Positions 37,301-46,400 of a DNA stretch of 64,000 nt are shown piece after piece. A model generated the notes under the pieces. That model ran no database searches. It was not told the DNA's origin and was given only the letters and a program-made list of their open reading frames with translations. How positions within the stretch are numbered: the stretch's first letter is position 1; each line of letters starts with the position of its first letter. The translations under genes were made by a program, and so were the position numbers. Source of the stretch: Candidatus Omnitrophota bacterium (GTDB lineage Bacteria > Omnitrophota > Omnitrophia > Omnitrophales > Aquincolibacteriaceae). The stretch lies in contig CAIOAT010000024.1 of assembly GCA_903856085.1 (NCBI GenBank), positions 3,180 through 67,179 of the forward strand, in the 5' to 3' direction.

Positions 37301-40300
37301 GTGGTCTTCACGCCATGGTTCGTGTTTGTAACTTTCAGGACATCGTCACAACGCTCCACCCGGGACGCCTCAAACTGCTCGGTTGGAAAATTTCCTGCGA
37401 CCGGCCAAGCCTGGGATTTTCCGTCCGGACCCGCCGCCGTGTCCAAGAGAAAGAGGACTCGACCGCAAGGATCAATCTGATCATATGAACGGCGGCTGAT
37501 ATCACATTCCTTGCCGAGGAGTTCGCTGTAAATTTCACCGTTTTCCTTGGCCACTACTTTGTATTCGCGGTTCGCCAATTCACTACTTTGGATGCGGCGT
37601 GCGCGAGACCTGCGCCGCAGCAAGCGGATCACGAATGAAAATCCCGTACAAACCAGGATACACAAACCAATGAGAACCAGCATTTGCGGCAACGATAGAG
37701 AATGTAAGTATGGGATCAACCCTTTTCCTCTTGCGGCATTTTGGAGCTTCTCGGCCGAACTCCACACTTCATCCCACTGCTCGCCGCGCGGGATGTAAAA
37801 AGGGATCAAGAGCGGGGCCCATGTCGCGAACCGCTTCACGCCTTCAGGGATGTACCGTTGTGCTGCCGCCTTGCCAATGAATTTCGAGACTTTCTCATCC
37901 AGCTTATCCATGCCGAGAAAACTCAAATTCACCAGCGTTGCGACGCGCAGTCCCATGTGATCCATCCAGATCAGGATCCGGAACGCATCGAACGCCAGGA
38001 TCCAGATGAACATCTTGAGACTCCAGGCCACGAACGCAGGCGCTGACATCGTGATATTGTTGTAAATGGCAAAAAGCGTCCGGATCGCACCGTCCTGGTT
38101 GTACCAAGTCGGGTTCGGCATCATGCGAAGGAACGTATAAATGATCGGAGACATCCAGAGACCCCACCGCAGCACATGGATCATCAGCTCGCTTAACTGG
38201 GCCAGGCCCGCTTTCGAAAAGAAAAATTTGATCGGCGTTTTATCTTTATCAAAGAACGCCTGCATGAACACCTTGTTCACGGCAAAGAGCCACGTAGCCA
38301 CCGACCATTTGATGACGCCATCCAACGACTCGGTAAAAAGCAATTTGACGCCGCCCGGACAATACCCCAAGTCCATTTGACCCCATTTACTGATCAAGAC
38401 CGGCTGGACGTAATGTCCCAGGGAATTCAAATAGGGATAGGTTGTTGTGGACATTTCTCCCAGCGAATTGAAAGCGGGATACGACGCATATTGCGCCGCG
38501 GAAAAATGAGCGGTGACATAAAGCTTGAATTTATAGAGAATGACCGCGACCTGCGGAACATCCATATAAAAAGCAACGGCACTCCCGAGAAAAACGCCGA
38601 GAAGTGAATCGACAAAATAAAGCCGCCAGGACTGAACCTTCCCGCAGCCCCGTGAGGCATAGTACACATCCCTCAGAAAACTTATGCCGCCCGAGGCCAT
38701 CAGACCGATCAAAAGGCCAACGAGAACCCGCTCCGGCATCGCTTTTCCGATGTAACCTTGTGCGAGCAGATAGGCAAAACCGAATCCGGCGACGGCTCCT
38801 CGAGCATAAAGCGTTTTGCTGCGATAGCTGTAGCGCGTCCGTTCAAAGAACGGGAGACTGCCATCAAAGGTCTCGATAATGGTCTTCACGAACGGAAACA
38901 CCAGAGCCCCAGCGAGGGTCCCGATCACATAAGGAAAGGAAGCCATGAATTTGAGCCCCGCAGGAGCTGCAAAGATCATGGAAAGCGCGTAGAGGATTGC
39001 CATCAGGATGCCGCTGTAGGCCATGCCTTTTTTCATGCCGGTCGTAACATTCTTAAAAATGTTGTCCTCGGAAGGCGCGATACGCTTGCCGCCATCCAGA
39101 AGGATCCCGGTAATAAGATAAATTTCTCCCCACAATCCGCCGAAAGAAAGCGCCGTCGCCAGAACAGAAATAAGAGCCCTCAATACCTCCGGCAATCCGG
39201 CCACCCCGGAGAGCGATCCCAAATTAGCAATGGAGGGAGCTAACACTACCCCTAAAGAAATCAGCAGCAGGAACAAATGAGCCTTGACCGTCTGAAGTAA
39301 CTTCCCTTTTGTCACGTACCCGATCCCGGCGGCAAGAAGTTCGTTGAAGACGAACACGACCAAAAGCCTGCCAATGCCCTCGAGAAGCGCGGGCCACGCG
39401 GCCAAAAGTCCAAACGTAGCGCTGTAGGTCATGCTCTGCAAGAGAGTCACGTTTTCCAAAAGAAGCAGCCAACCTACGAGGTACGGCGTCCCCACGATTA
39501 AAGCTCCGGGGACCGTCTTCAAATTTTTTCCGGACGAAGCGAACTCATGGGCATTGAAGATCTGATAGATCAAGAACGCGACCGTGGCCGTGAGCTTATT
39601 GATCATGAGCAGGTGGCTCCACATCGTGGGAGCCTGCAAGAGTTCCAAGCGGCTTGAGGATGCCGCGAGAATTCCAGTCACTAGGACATTCTGGAAAACC
39701 TCAACCGGCGTCAGATGTTTTCCAGTGAATTGATGCTTCAAACATTCCGCGATCAAGGCCCCCACCACTCCCGCGATAAGAATGCCCGTCATAGAACCCA
39801 GGCTTAAAATCTCTGCGGCCCCTAGCGCATAAATCCCTACCGCCGTCCCCAGGATCAATACGGTGATAGCGCCGTAGAGAAAATCCTTTTTAAGCCTCGC
39901 TAGGATCGAGGTTTCTTTCGGGGAAACAATATCAGGACCTTTGTCGCTTGCCGACCGAGACTGAACCCCCACCCGATTTTGGCCAGAGAGTTTGCTCGCG
40001 AACGCGGCCAAAAGCGCCAAAAGGAATGCGAGAATAAGGATCGATCCGAATTTTATAGCGATAAGGTATTTCTTGAAAAACGTGGTCTTACAGAAATCAA
40101 ACCCAAGATACAAGGTTCCCTTGATGGAATTCGCGTGACCTTTGGGGCTGATAATGAAGTTCACTTCTTTGAGTTCACCGATCTCCTTCCAGTGAATTGA
40201 TTTCTGGATCGCATTCCAGCCCGGCTTCAGACAGAGCGGAATCATCTGGGTATTCGCCGACCCGATCACCTCTGCATTGATCGAGAGCTGGTTAAGCTGA

Positions 40301-41355
40301 GATGCCTCAAGCGCCCGGAGACCGAATTCCAGAGTATTCACTTGTGCGCCGGTTAGATCTGCGGGAAATTTTTTTGTCCAGACGGTGATCGAAGACCCTG
40401 ACGACAATGTATATCCCAGATCATAAACATCTTTTTTCGATTCTTCATCAAAGGAAAAAGTAATAACGCCCTTGGCCTCTCCGTCATTGGACACTCCCTT
40501 TTCTCCCGCATCTAAGAGACCGAACGAGGACCGGGCGGGCGATACTGAAACTTGAGCGGGGCTGGCCGGCAATGCCTTCACGGCCGCAGGAACCTGGACC
40601 GAACGCGCGGTGGGTGCTAGCTTGGCAATCACGGGAGCTTGGACTTCAGGAACTGCCGCAGGCACTGCGGTTGTCCGGGGAGCAAACGTCGCACCGGTCT
40701 TTGCGACACCGGTCGCCATTTTTTTTGTCACAGTATTCGAAGCGGTTTTCGCCGCTGCGGGCAGGACGGCGGAAGGCGTCACGGGCTTGACCACCGCCAC
40801 TTGCTGAATGAACTCCAAAGAAAATGCCAAAGTTCCCTTAACGGTCGCGGTGGCACCCTGGGGGCTGACCACAAAAGCGACTTCTTTCAAAACGCCGACT
40901 TTGGTCCAATCGAGCTTCTCCTGCAGAGGATTCCATCCATTCTTGAGGCGAAGAGGGATTATTTGAACCCCCTGAGCTCCGCGCACCTCCATTGTCACGG
41001 AAACTTCGGTCATTTGCGTTGCAAGAAAAGCCTTGATGCCGATCTTGACCAGATTAGCCGAAGAAGCTGTGAGTTCTGCTGGAAAGCTCTTGACCCACGC
41101 CGTGGCGACGGCACCCTGAGGAATTGAATAATCAAATTCCAGGATATCCTTTTTGATCGCTTCGTCGAAAGTCGGAGTCAACGTGCCTTTGGCTTCTGCC
41201 GTGACCGTCGTTCCGCGCTCGCGTGCGTCAAGCAGCTTGAACGTGGAAGCCGCCCAAGCGCCGGTTGTGACCGTGAGGCTCAGGAGAAGGACCGCCAAGA
41301 CTCCGCAAGCAGGGATTGAAGCAAAAGATCGTAGGTTTTTGAAAATAGAGGGCAT
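34393..41355 (-). CDS. Giant (2320 aa) membrane protein: signal peptide, two tandem extracytoplasmic repeat domains, ~20-TM region, cytoplasmic GH94-like glycoside phosphorylase domain
   Basis: Signal peptide ending AWA. Internal duplication (residues ~38-190 vs ~285-430) separated by a P/A-rich linker. Hydrophobic helices across ~37630-40068. C-terminal ~1070 aa with GH94-like elements including GVGDWNDGLD at 35253-35270 and the (alpha/alpha)6-type motif GFRDQLQDTV. Confidence 0.75.
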   Translation of the reverse strand: MPSIFKNLRSFASIPACGVLAVLLLSLTVTTGAWAASTFKLLDARERGTTVTAEAKGTLTPTFDEAIKKDILEFDYSIPQGAVATAWVKSFPAELTASSANLVKIGIKAFLATQMTEVSVTMEVRGAQGVQIIPLRLKNGWNPLQEKLDWTKVGVLKEVAFVVSPQGATATVKGTLAFSLEFIQQVAVVKPVTPSAVLPAAAKTASNTVTKKMATGVAKTGATFAPRTTAVPAAVPEVQAPVIAKLAPTARSVQVPAAVKALPASPAQVSVSPARSSFGLLDAGEKGVSNDGEAKGVITFSFDEESKKDVYDLGYTLSSGSSITVWTKKFPADLTGAQVNTLEFGLRALEASQLNQLSINAEVIGSANTQMIPLCLKPGWNAIQKSIHWKEIGELKEVNFIISPKGHANSIKGTLYLGFDFCKTTFFKKYLIAIKFGSILILAFLLALLAAFASKLSGQNRVGVQSRSASDKGPDIVSPKETSILARLKKDFLYGAITVLILGTAVGIYALGAAEILSLGSMTGILIAGVVGALIAECLKHQFTGKHLTPVEVFQNVLVTGILAASSSRLELLQAPTMWSHLLMINKLTATVAFLIYQIFNAHEFASSGKNLKTVPGALIVGTPYLVGWLLLLENVTLLQSMTYSATFGLLAAWPALLEGIGRLLVVFVFNELLAAGIGYVTKGKLLQTVKAHLFLLLISLGVVLAPSIANLGSLSGVAGLPEVLRALISVLATALSFGGLWGEIYLITGILLDGGKRIAPSEDNIFKNVTTGMKKGMAYSGILMAILYALSMIFAAPAGLKFMASFPYVIGTLAGALVFPFVKTIIETFDGSLPFFERTRYSYRSKTLYARGAVAGFGFAYLLAQGYIGKAMPERVLVGLLIGLMASGGISFLRDVYYASRGCGKVQSWRLYFVDSLLGVFLGSAVAFYMDVPQVAVILYKFKLYVTAHFSAAQYASYPAFNSLGEMSTTTYPYLNSLGHYVQPVLISKWGQMDLGYCPGGVKLLFTESLDGVIKWSVATWLFAVNKVFMQAFFDKDKTPIKFFFSKAGLAQLSELMIHVLRWGLWMSPIIYTFLRMMPNPTWYNQDGAIRTLFAIYNNITMSAPAFVAWSLKMFIWILAFDAFRILIWMDHMGLRVATLVNLSFLGMDKLDEKVSKFIGKAAAQRYIPEGVKRFATWAPLLIPFYIPRGEQWDEVWSSAEKLQNAARGKGLIPYLHSLSLPQMLVLIGLCILVCTGFSFVIRLLRRRSRARRIQSSELANREYKVVAKENGEIYSELLGKECDISRRSYDQIDPCGRVLFLLDTAAGPDGKSQAWPVAGNFPTEQFEASRVERCDDVLKVTNTNHGVKTTIEISLPDMDSTAELWKITIENLTERSRQLKVVPYLEWVLNGGLHDRFHTQYARLYPEMEYVAGSNAILSWQKSTKSMGLLASDVAPEGFHSGRVDFIGRGQSLWAPRSLETLDFLPAKDTAAYPTFDPIGSLMVNALVAPKATATVRLMIGYSKNKKVALEMIAKYLKPNPAQGAVLSEKKHRSLLIGHGEIPPGTPQPYYEYLDNGNKLKVLTPYTPRPFDHAMSNAVHSTMVTNRGLHTSCNGNSQQNRLTPDWPDTVTKETPTEAIYLYDPDRDEWYSPTYQPLNDNNAKHESEFSVDGTAIFRMKDGNLSSQLTVYVPPEDPLGVYLLTLKNDEDKPRRMRIAPYFQMVLSFQPERSGPLEMRHDKASDALYFANCRNIFRSGWAFASMSIPADCVETKRGRFFGSGRGVKRPFMVENAGPDATQLTDDGQIAGFVGTVEIPAHGECTVAIVLGQAEDHKKAVTLVQKYKNLETVRKELEGTRQWWLGLMGTVKVETNQPEFDRYQNWLKYQALAERIWARRGFYQTSGAFGFRDQLQDTVNLIWVDPALARKQILLHASQQFVEGDVNHWFFTLTDGRTSFSCRSHASDNPLWLAWGAAEYVRATGDQTILDEMAAYLISEFPFAPLPKNKQGWGHLYHRTTRADTLYKHCMKSIDLVIKQRSGKNGLPLMGVGDWNDGLDEIGSEGHGESVWLGFFLYYILKEMVDIIGQKEGDAKKAYYVKKMEALKVALEKTWRGDRYLRAFHDDGTEIGVKGSGVWEIDALTAAWSVMSGINFERGVTIFNTALQVLEKDNAILLGWPALREDTKPYLGRSSKYPEGVRENGMYCHGVQWLVRAARLLAEEYEKRGDQANAEKYRETAYRLWLKVSPIAHMHEIEIYGGQPNKQSADILTTFEPGRMIWHGYTGAAGWMLRQAMEGVVGALVVKNKLVLPNDLDKPRGALKVISVTRDVSKSPIRPKPL

Positions 41356-41612
41356 TTCGTCCGTCCTATTTTTAAAGGGTTTAAAAACTTTTCAAAATTT
41401 TTTTGCGTTCTTGAAAACGGGTGATTAAAAAAAGACAAAACCGCTTTAATTTCTGGTCCAAAACCACTTTTAAAGAAGAGGCGTATTATACCAAATTACC
41501 GTTTTTTCCCAAGTTTTTGTTTGAAGGAACGGGAAAGACCCGGGAAGGGGTCACGGAGAACCCATCCTCTCGAAATCAGGAGCGGAAATGATGAAATTCC
41601 ACTTTCGGATTT

Positions 41613-42092
41613 TTGTGTTCGCCGTTCCCCACGCCCTGTCCCCTGCGGCCTGTTCAATCCTTGCATTCTCAGGCCTCATTGATTAATATTCTCGGCATGG
41701 AACACGATAAGATCCGCCTTCTTCAATTTATGGTCTGCAAAGACTTTGAAATCGGCGAGCAGGACTGCTACACGGCCAATCGCGTGAGAAGCAATCTCCA
41801 CGTTCCATCCTTTCCTTATCATTTCGAAAAACTTTACGCCGTAACCTGCTGGCGCAAGGACAAAATGTTCCACAAAGAAGTGATCGAGTACTCCACCGAG
41901 GACGGACGCATCGTAAAGACGCCCCCCATGGACATCGAACCCATCACCTCAAGCGTTCTTTTCCGCTGGCATAAACACGCATTCCCCACGGACCTCGAGA
42001 TCAAAGAAAACAGCCTCCTTAACATCCGCGTCATCCTCGACTGGAAAGTCAATTTTGAATCCTATCTCATGATTGAAAAACGACCGGACTGA
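41613..42092 (+). CDS. Hypothetical protein (start uncertain)
   Basis: 159-aa ORF; no recognisable domain. The true start may be the internal Met at 41697 (MEHDKIRLL...). It overlaps in another frame a 32-codon ORF (41588-41686) that has a strong AGGAG RBS. Confidence 0.3.
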   Translation: MCSPFPTPCPLRPVQSLHSQASLINILGMEHDKIRLLQFMVCKDFEIGEQDCYTANRVRSNLHVPSFPYHFEKLYAVTCWRKDKMFHKEVIEYSTEDGRIVKTPPMDIEPITSSVLFRWHKHAFPTDLEIKENSLLNIRVILDWKVNFESYLMIEKRPD

Positions 42093-43347
42093 AGCGCTCA
42101 TGCCCCCTTTTGAGCCTCCGCACTGGACCCCGGAATTGTGGATGGCATTTCCCTTCATCGGATTGCTGTTCTCGATCGCCGTTCTACCCCTTGTCGCTCA
42201 CCGTTTTTGGAACCGCCTCAAAAATCAGACCGGAGTCTCGCTAGTCTTTGCGGTACCGATCGTCATGATCTACGCCCAACACTCCCCGCACCTTCTCGGA
42301 GAACAACTTCGTGATTATCTTTCGTTCGTCCTTCTCTTATCGTCACTTTACATCGCATCCGGCGGCATCCACATCGCCGGCGGACTGAATAGTTCGCCCC
42401 TCGCGAACGCCGCCCTGTTGGGCCTCGGCGCTGTGATCAGCAATTTCATCGGGACCACCGGCGCGAGCATGGTCCTGATCCGTCCGCTGCTGCGCGCCAA
42501 CGCCCACCGCAAACACCACGCCCACCTGCCAATTTTTTTCATTTTCCTTGTAAGTAATATCGGCGGCGCGCTGACGCCGCTGGGCGATCCCCCGCTTTTC
42601 CTCGGATTTTTGAGCGGCGTCCCTTTCTTTTGGACGCTCAGGCTTTTCCCCCTTTGGCTCGTGTCTGTATCGGTCCTGCTGCTCGTCTTTTATTTCACCG
42701 ACCGAACCATTCTCGCACTGGACAAAACATCTCCCAAAGCCCTCGTGTCCGGTGATCCCGTAAAAGTACGTGGAAAAAGGAATCTCTTCTGTTTTGCGTT
42801 GATCATCGTCGCAACCTTTTTGCCAATCCCCTACCGCGAAGCACTCATGATCGTCGCAGCCATCGTCTCCGTCTGGATCACTCCTAAAAGTTACCACACT
42901 GCGAATGGATTCAGCCATGTCCCTATTTTGGAAGTCGCAGTCATCTTTCTGGGCATCTTTATCACCATGCTTCCGGCGCTGGAACTGCTGAGAAACTATG
43001 GAGGAGAGCTGGGCGTGACACAACCATGGCAATTTTTTTGGTCGGCCGGAGGCTTTTCTTCCTTTCTGGATAATGCGCCGACTTATATGACATTCGCGGC
43101 ACTGGCGCAAGGCTTGCACCTGGGTGGACCGTACATGGGAATGCCTGAAACTCTTCTTTTGGCTATCAGCGCGGGTGCGGTATTCTTCGGGGCCATTACT
43201 TATATCGGGAACGCACCGAACTTCATGGTCCGCTCCATTGCCGAACACTCCGGATGGAAAATGCCGAGTTTCTTTGGTTATATGCTTTGGTCGATAGGTA
43301 TCCTGATACCGCTGTTTCTCCTTATTACCCTGATATTCCTCCGCTGA
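42073..43347 (+). CDS. ArsB/NhaD-superfamily ion/anion permease
   Basis: 424 aa; ~11-12 TM helices, duplicated-hairpin motifs (GALTPLGDPP ... YIGNAPNFMV) typical of the ArsB/NhaD/CitMHS permease fold. Track start is TTG; an in-frame ATG is at 42100. Confidence 0.5.
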   Translation: MKNDRTEALMPPFEPPHWTPELWMAFPFIGLLFSIAVLPLVAHRFWNRLKNQTGVSLVFAVPIVMIYAQHSPHLLGEQLRDYLSFVLLLSSLYIASGGIHIAGGLNSSPLANAALLGLGAVISNFIGTTGASMVLIRPLLRANAHRKHHAHLPIFFIFLVSNIGGALTPLGDPPLFLGFLSGVPFFWTLRLFPLWLVSVSVLLLVFYFTDRTILALDKTSPKALVSGDPVKVRGKRNLFCFALIIVATFLPIPYREALMIVAAIVSVWITPKSYHTANGFSHVPILEVAVIFLGIFITMLPALELLRNYGGELGVTQPWQFFWSAGGFSSFLDNAPTYMTFAALAQGLHLGGPYMGMPETLLLAISAGAVFFGAITYIGNAPNFMVRSIAEHSGWKMPSFFGYMLWSIGILIPLFLLITLIFLR

Positions 43348-43413
43348 CGTTCTACGGCGCAAGGTGGCTGCGGACGGCGCACTCTATAAGTCTTTCGCCG
43401 TACTTCGATCGGA

Positions 43414-46400
43414 TTACGCCGATTTCTCGATATCTTGCTGAGCTGCAAATTCAAGAGCGAGGGCTTCCATATTCATTACGAAAACGCCATTTTTTGATGA
43501 AAGGCCTAACAGATCAATGCCCTTTTCCTTTAATTTTGTGATCAGCATCCCGGGATTCACTTTCATAAGCCCTTGATCCATCGGTGACGCCGAGGCAAAG
43601 ATCTTATTGATCAGAACAACCGCAGCACAAACAAGATTCTTAAGTTCGGGGTTGTCTTCGCTATTAAAATCCGCCAAGATCGAAAGTATTCCGTTCTGCT
43701 TGACCCCAAGCTCGGTCGTTAAAAACGCCATAAGCGCTTCGTCCTTACTCGCATTGATCACGCCGGCCACAATCGCATCCGCTGATTTCCTTTCGCTGTA
43801 TCTGTATTTCATGACAACATCAGCCACTTCATTCCAGCCTCTCCCCACCGGGTGTTTTTCATCATAAAGCACAACCAGGCTCGGGATTTTTATCTTCCCC
43901 CGCAAGGCCTTAATCACGAGTTCCGAGTCGGGTCCATTATCAACGATCATCGGAACTCCAGAGCCGGGCATTTCATTAATCCTGTCAATGATAGCACTCG
44001 TAAATCTCTGAATTTTCCCAACGTCCTCGCCTCCGACACGCGCTCCCCTTACAGCCACAAAACTACCCAGCATGACCCCCGCAACGATGTTCCCCGCCAA
44101 AATATCCGGATCCCCATAACCTGCGAATCCTGCAAGGCGCAGCCGTAATTCTGGCCTCGAAGAAGTTAATCCTGTAAGTGCTTCGACATCCAATCCCAGC
44201 AAGCTTGCCATGAACTGATCGGCAATCTGCCCGTATAATGATTTTTCTTTTTCAAATCCCGCCAAGCCCCCTTCCATCATCCTCGCCCGAACCTTATCAG
44301 GATTCGCCCCATCACGCATAAGCACCAAGATCGCCGCAGCATCTATCTTCGGCAACTCCATCAGCGGCATATTAGCTAATCGCACTTCCGATCGGATTTT
44401 GGGACCAGCCTTGGACTTGCCCTCCGGGATTTCGGGGGTTTTAGGCTGCGCGGTAACTGGCTTTGCCGGTGAAACAACAGATTCGGCCTTTCCACTTTTC
44501 CTCGTCAGATCTTTTCTGGAGGACTTGCCCGATCGAGGGGTAACACCTGCTGCCAATTCTTGTTCGATCGATGGAAGGACGTACGCCATGTATTCTGAAA
44601 TAATCTGAAAAGCCAGACTGGGCTTCGAAACGTCTTCGAGACTTTTCAAACCTTCAAAAAACGCCTTCAGCTTACTGCCCGCACTTTTCTCGCCCGTCTT
44701 GAATCTGACACCGACATTGGCCGCAGCTTCTGCGAGCGCTCTCAGTTCTTTTTGATCCCTCTCCACTTGAACCTTGATTATATGAAGCTTGTCTTGATCT
44801 GCTTCTGAAAGCACCCCGTGATCCGAAAGGAGCAAGGCCTCTATTTTCAAATCTTTGGAAAGACGGGCTATTACCTTCTGAAGCGCTTCGATTAAAATAT
44901 CCTCTGTTCCATTGCGCCCAAACCCGCTCAGAACATGAATAGCTTCCAACCGCACGCTGAGCTCACCATCTGACAATCTCGGCTTGAGTACTCGATGCAA
45001 ATATGTGCTCGCCAGTCCGCCCCCTATTTTCAGACTATTTTCATATTTTCTGATCATTTCTATCCTCTCCCATGGATCGGGGACGAAACCCAAAAGAGCG
45101 ATCAAATCTTCGAAATCATCCGGCGTCTCGAGTTTAAGACCGATTCGTGATTCTGCCCGATTAGGCGAAAGCGCCGAGGCAGAAACGAGGCGGTCCCAGC
45201 GAAGGATTGTCTCACGGAGCAGAACGCGGTAACGACCCAGGCGCTCATAGTATTCTTTTTCCGCGGCCTGCTCGGCCATCCCCGGCTGTTTCTTTTTGAT
45301 CGATAAAGCCAAACCGTATTTGATCACGGGCAATTCTTTTGCACCGCTAAAATAATGACTAGAATTTCCCGGAATCGCGAGGAAAGAAGTAAATCCCCTC
45401 AGAAATTCCTGGCCGTTCTTCGACGCGAGCAGTCTCTCCCCGTTATTCAATGGAACAATCGCAAGGGGATCGGCAAAGAACTTCATCCATTCCTTCCCGA
45501 ATTGTTCGTCTGTCATCGCCGTCACTTTTGCCGCATATTGCTGACCGCCCCAACCTTTCAAAATATTCCACTTCCGGAGATCCGGGACATTCCAACTCGC
45601 CTCCGCACGAAGTTCCTCGAAGGATTTCATCCCCGAGTTCTGAGCCGGAAGCTTCCCAATCTGCTGAGCACCCGTGGTTGCAAGAAATTTGTCTGCATTA
45701 TCCTTCAGCTCTTGGGATGCATAAAACGTCTGCGTCTTTTTGTCGAAAATTACCGGTGGCAGAGCACCGTATTTTTCAGTTTCATAGAACATCGGCTGCA
45801 GCCTGAGACGCGCTACATTGATCAACTTCTTCTCTTTCAGTTCTTTGGCTTCCCGCTCAACTTCCTTTAGGGTCATCGTACCCCAAAGTAGCGGCTGCCG
45901 CTTGAGGCTACTCACCGTCTTAAGACTAAGATCCTGAAGATCCGCAACCGTCATCTTGTTCTTGATAGGCCATTCGATCACGAAACTCTTATGACCCGTC
46001 TCAGTCGTTACGATTCTCCATTGGTTTGCCAGAACGATCTGCTGATTTTCAAGCGATAACGTGTCATAGTCGCCGGAGAGATACGCGGGACGACCCCACG
46101 CCACATCATCCATATTTGCGGAGGACTGGAATGTTCGGATATTCCTTTCGAACAAGAATTTTGCCGCCTCCAAAAGCGGCCCCTCGACCAGATGATCGAG
46201 ATCGGACATGCGCGTTACGATCGTCGCAGCTTCCAGAATGGGATTCTCTTTGCTGATCTTCTTCGCTCCCGCACGCGATTCCACGGACCGAACCTCGGAG
46301 CGGGCTGGCAATACCAGCAACACGCCTTTTCCCTCTTTTGAATTCCAGATCTGGATCGCCGGACGGCCGTCAAGCATTCCATAGGTTGCCTCGAGCTCTT

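Noticed and set aside
42343-43362. 339-aa minus-strand ORF (MRRRTSAEEYQGNKEKQRYQDTY...)
   Set aside because: Antisense to the ArsB/NhaD-type permease; charged and low-complexity with no TM, whereas the sense frame shows regular TM periodicity.
43417-44139. C-terminal ~240 aa of the giant protein resembling a nucleotide- or CoA-binding alpha/beta domain (GYGDPDILAGNIVAGVMLG ... PMIVDNGPD)
   Set aside because: Several weak resemblances (Pta / DRTGG-like, CoA-ligase-like) but no motif matches well enough to name a family from sequence alone.
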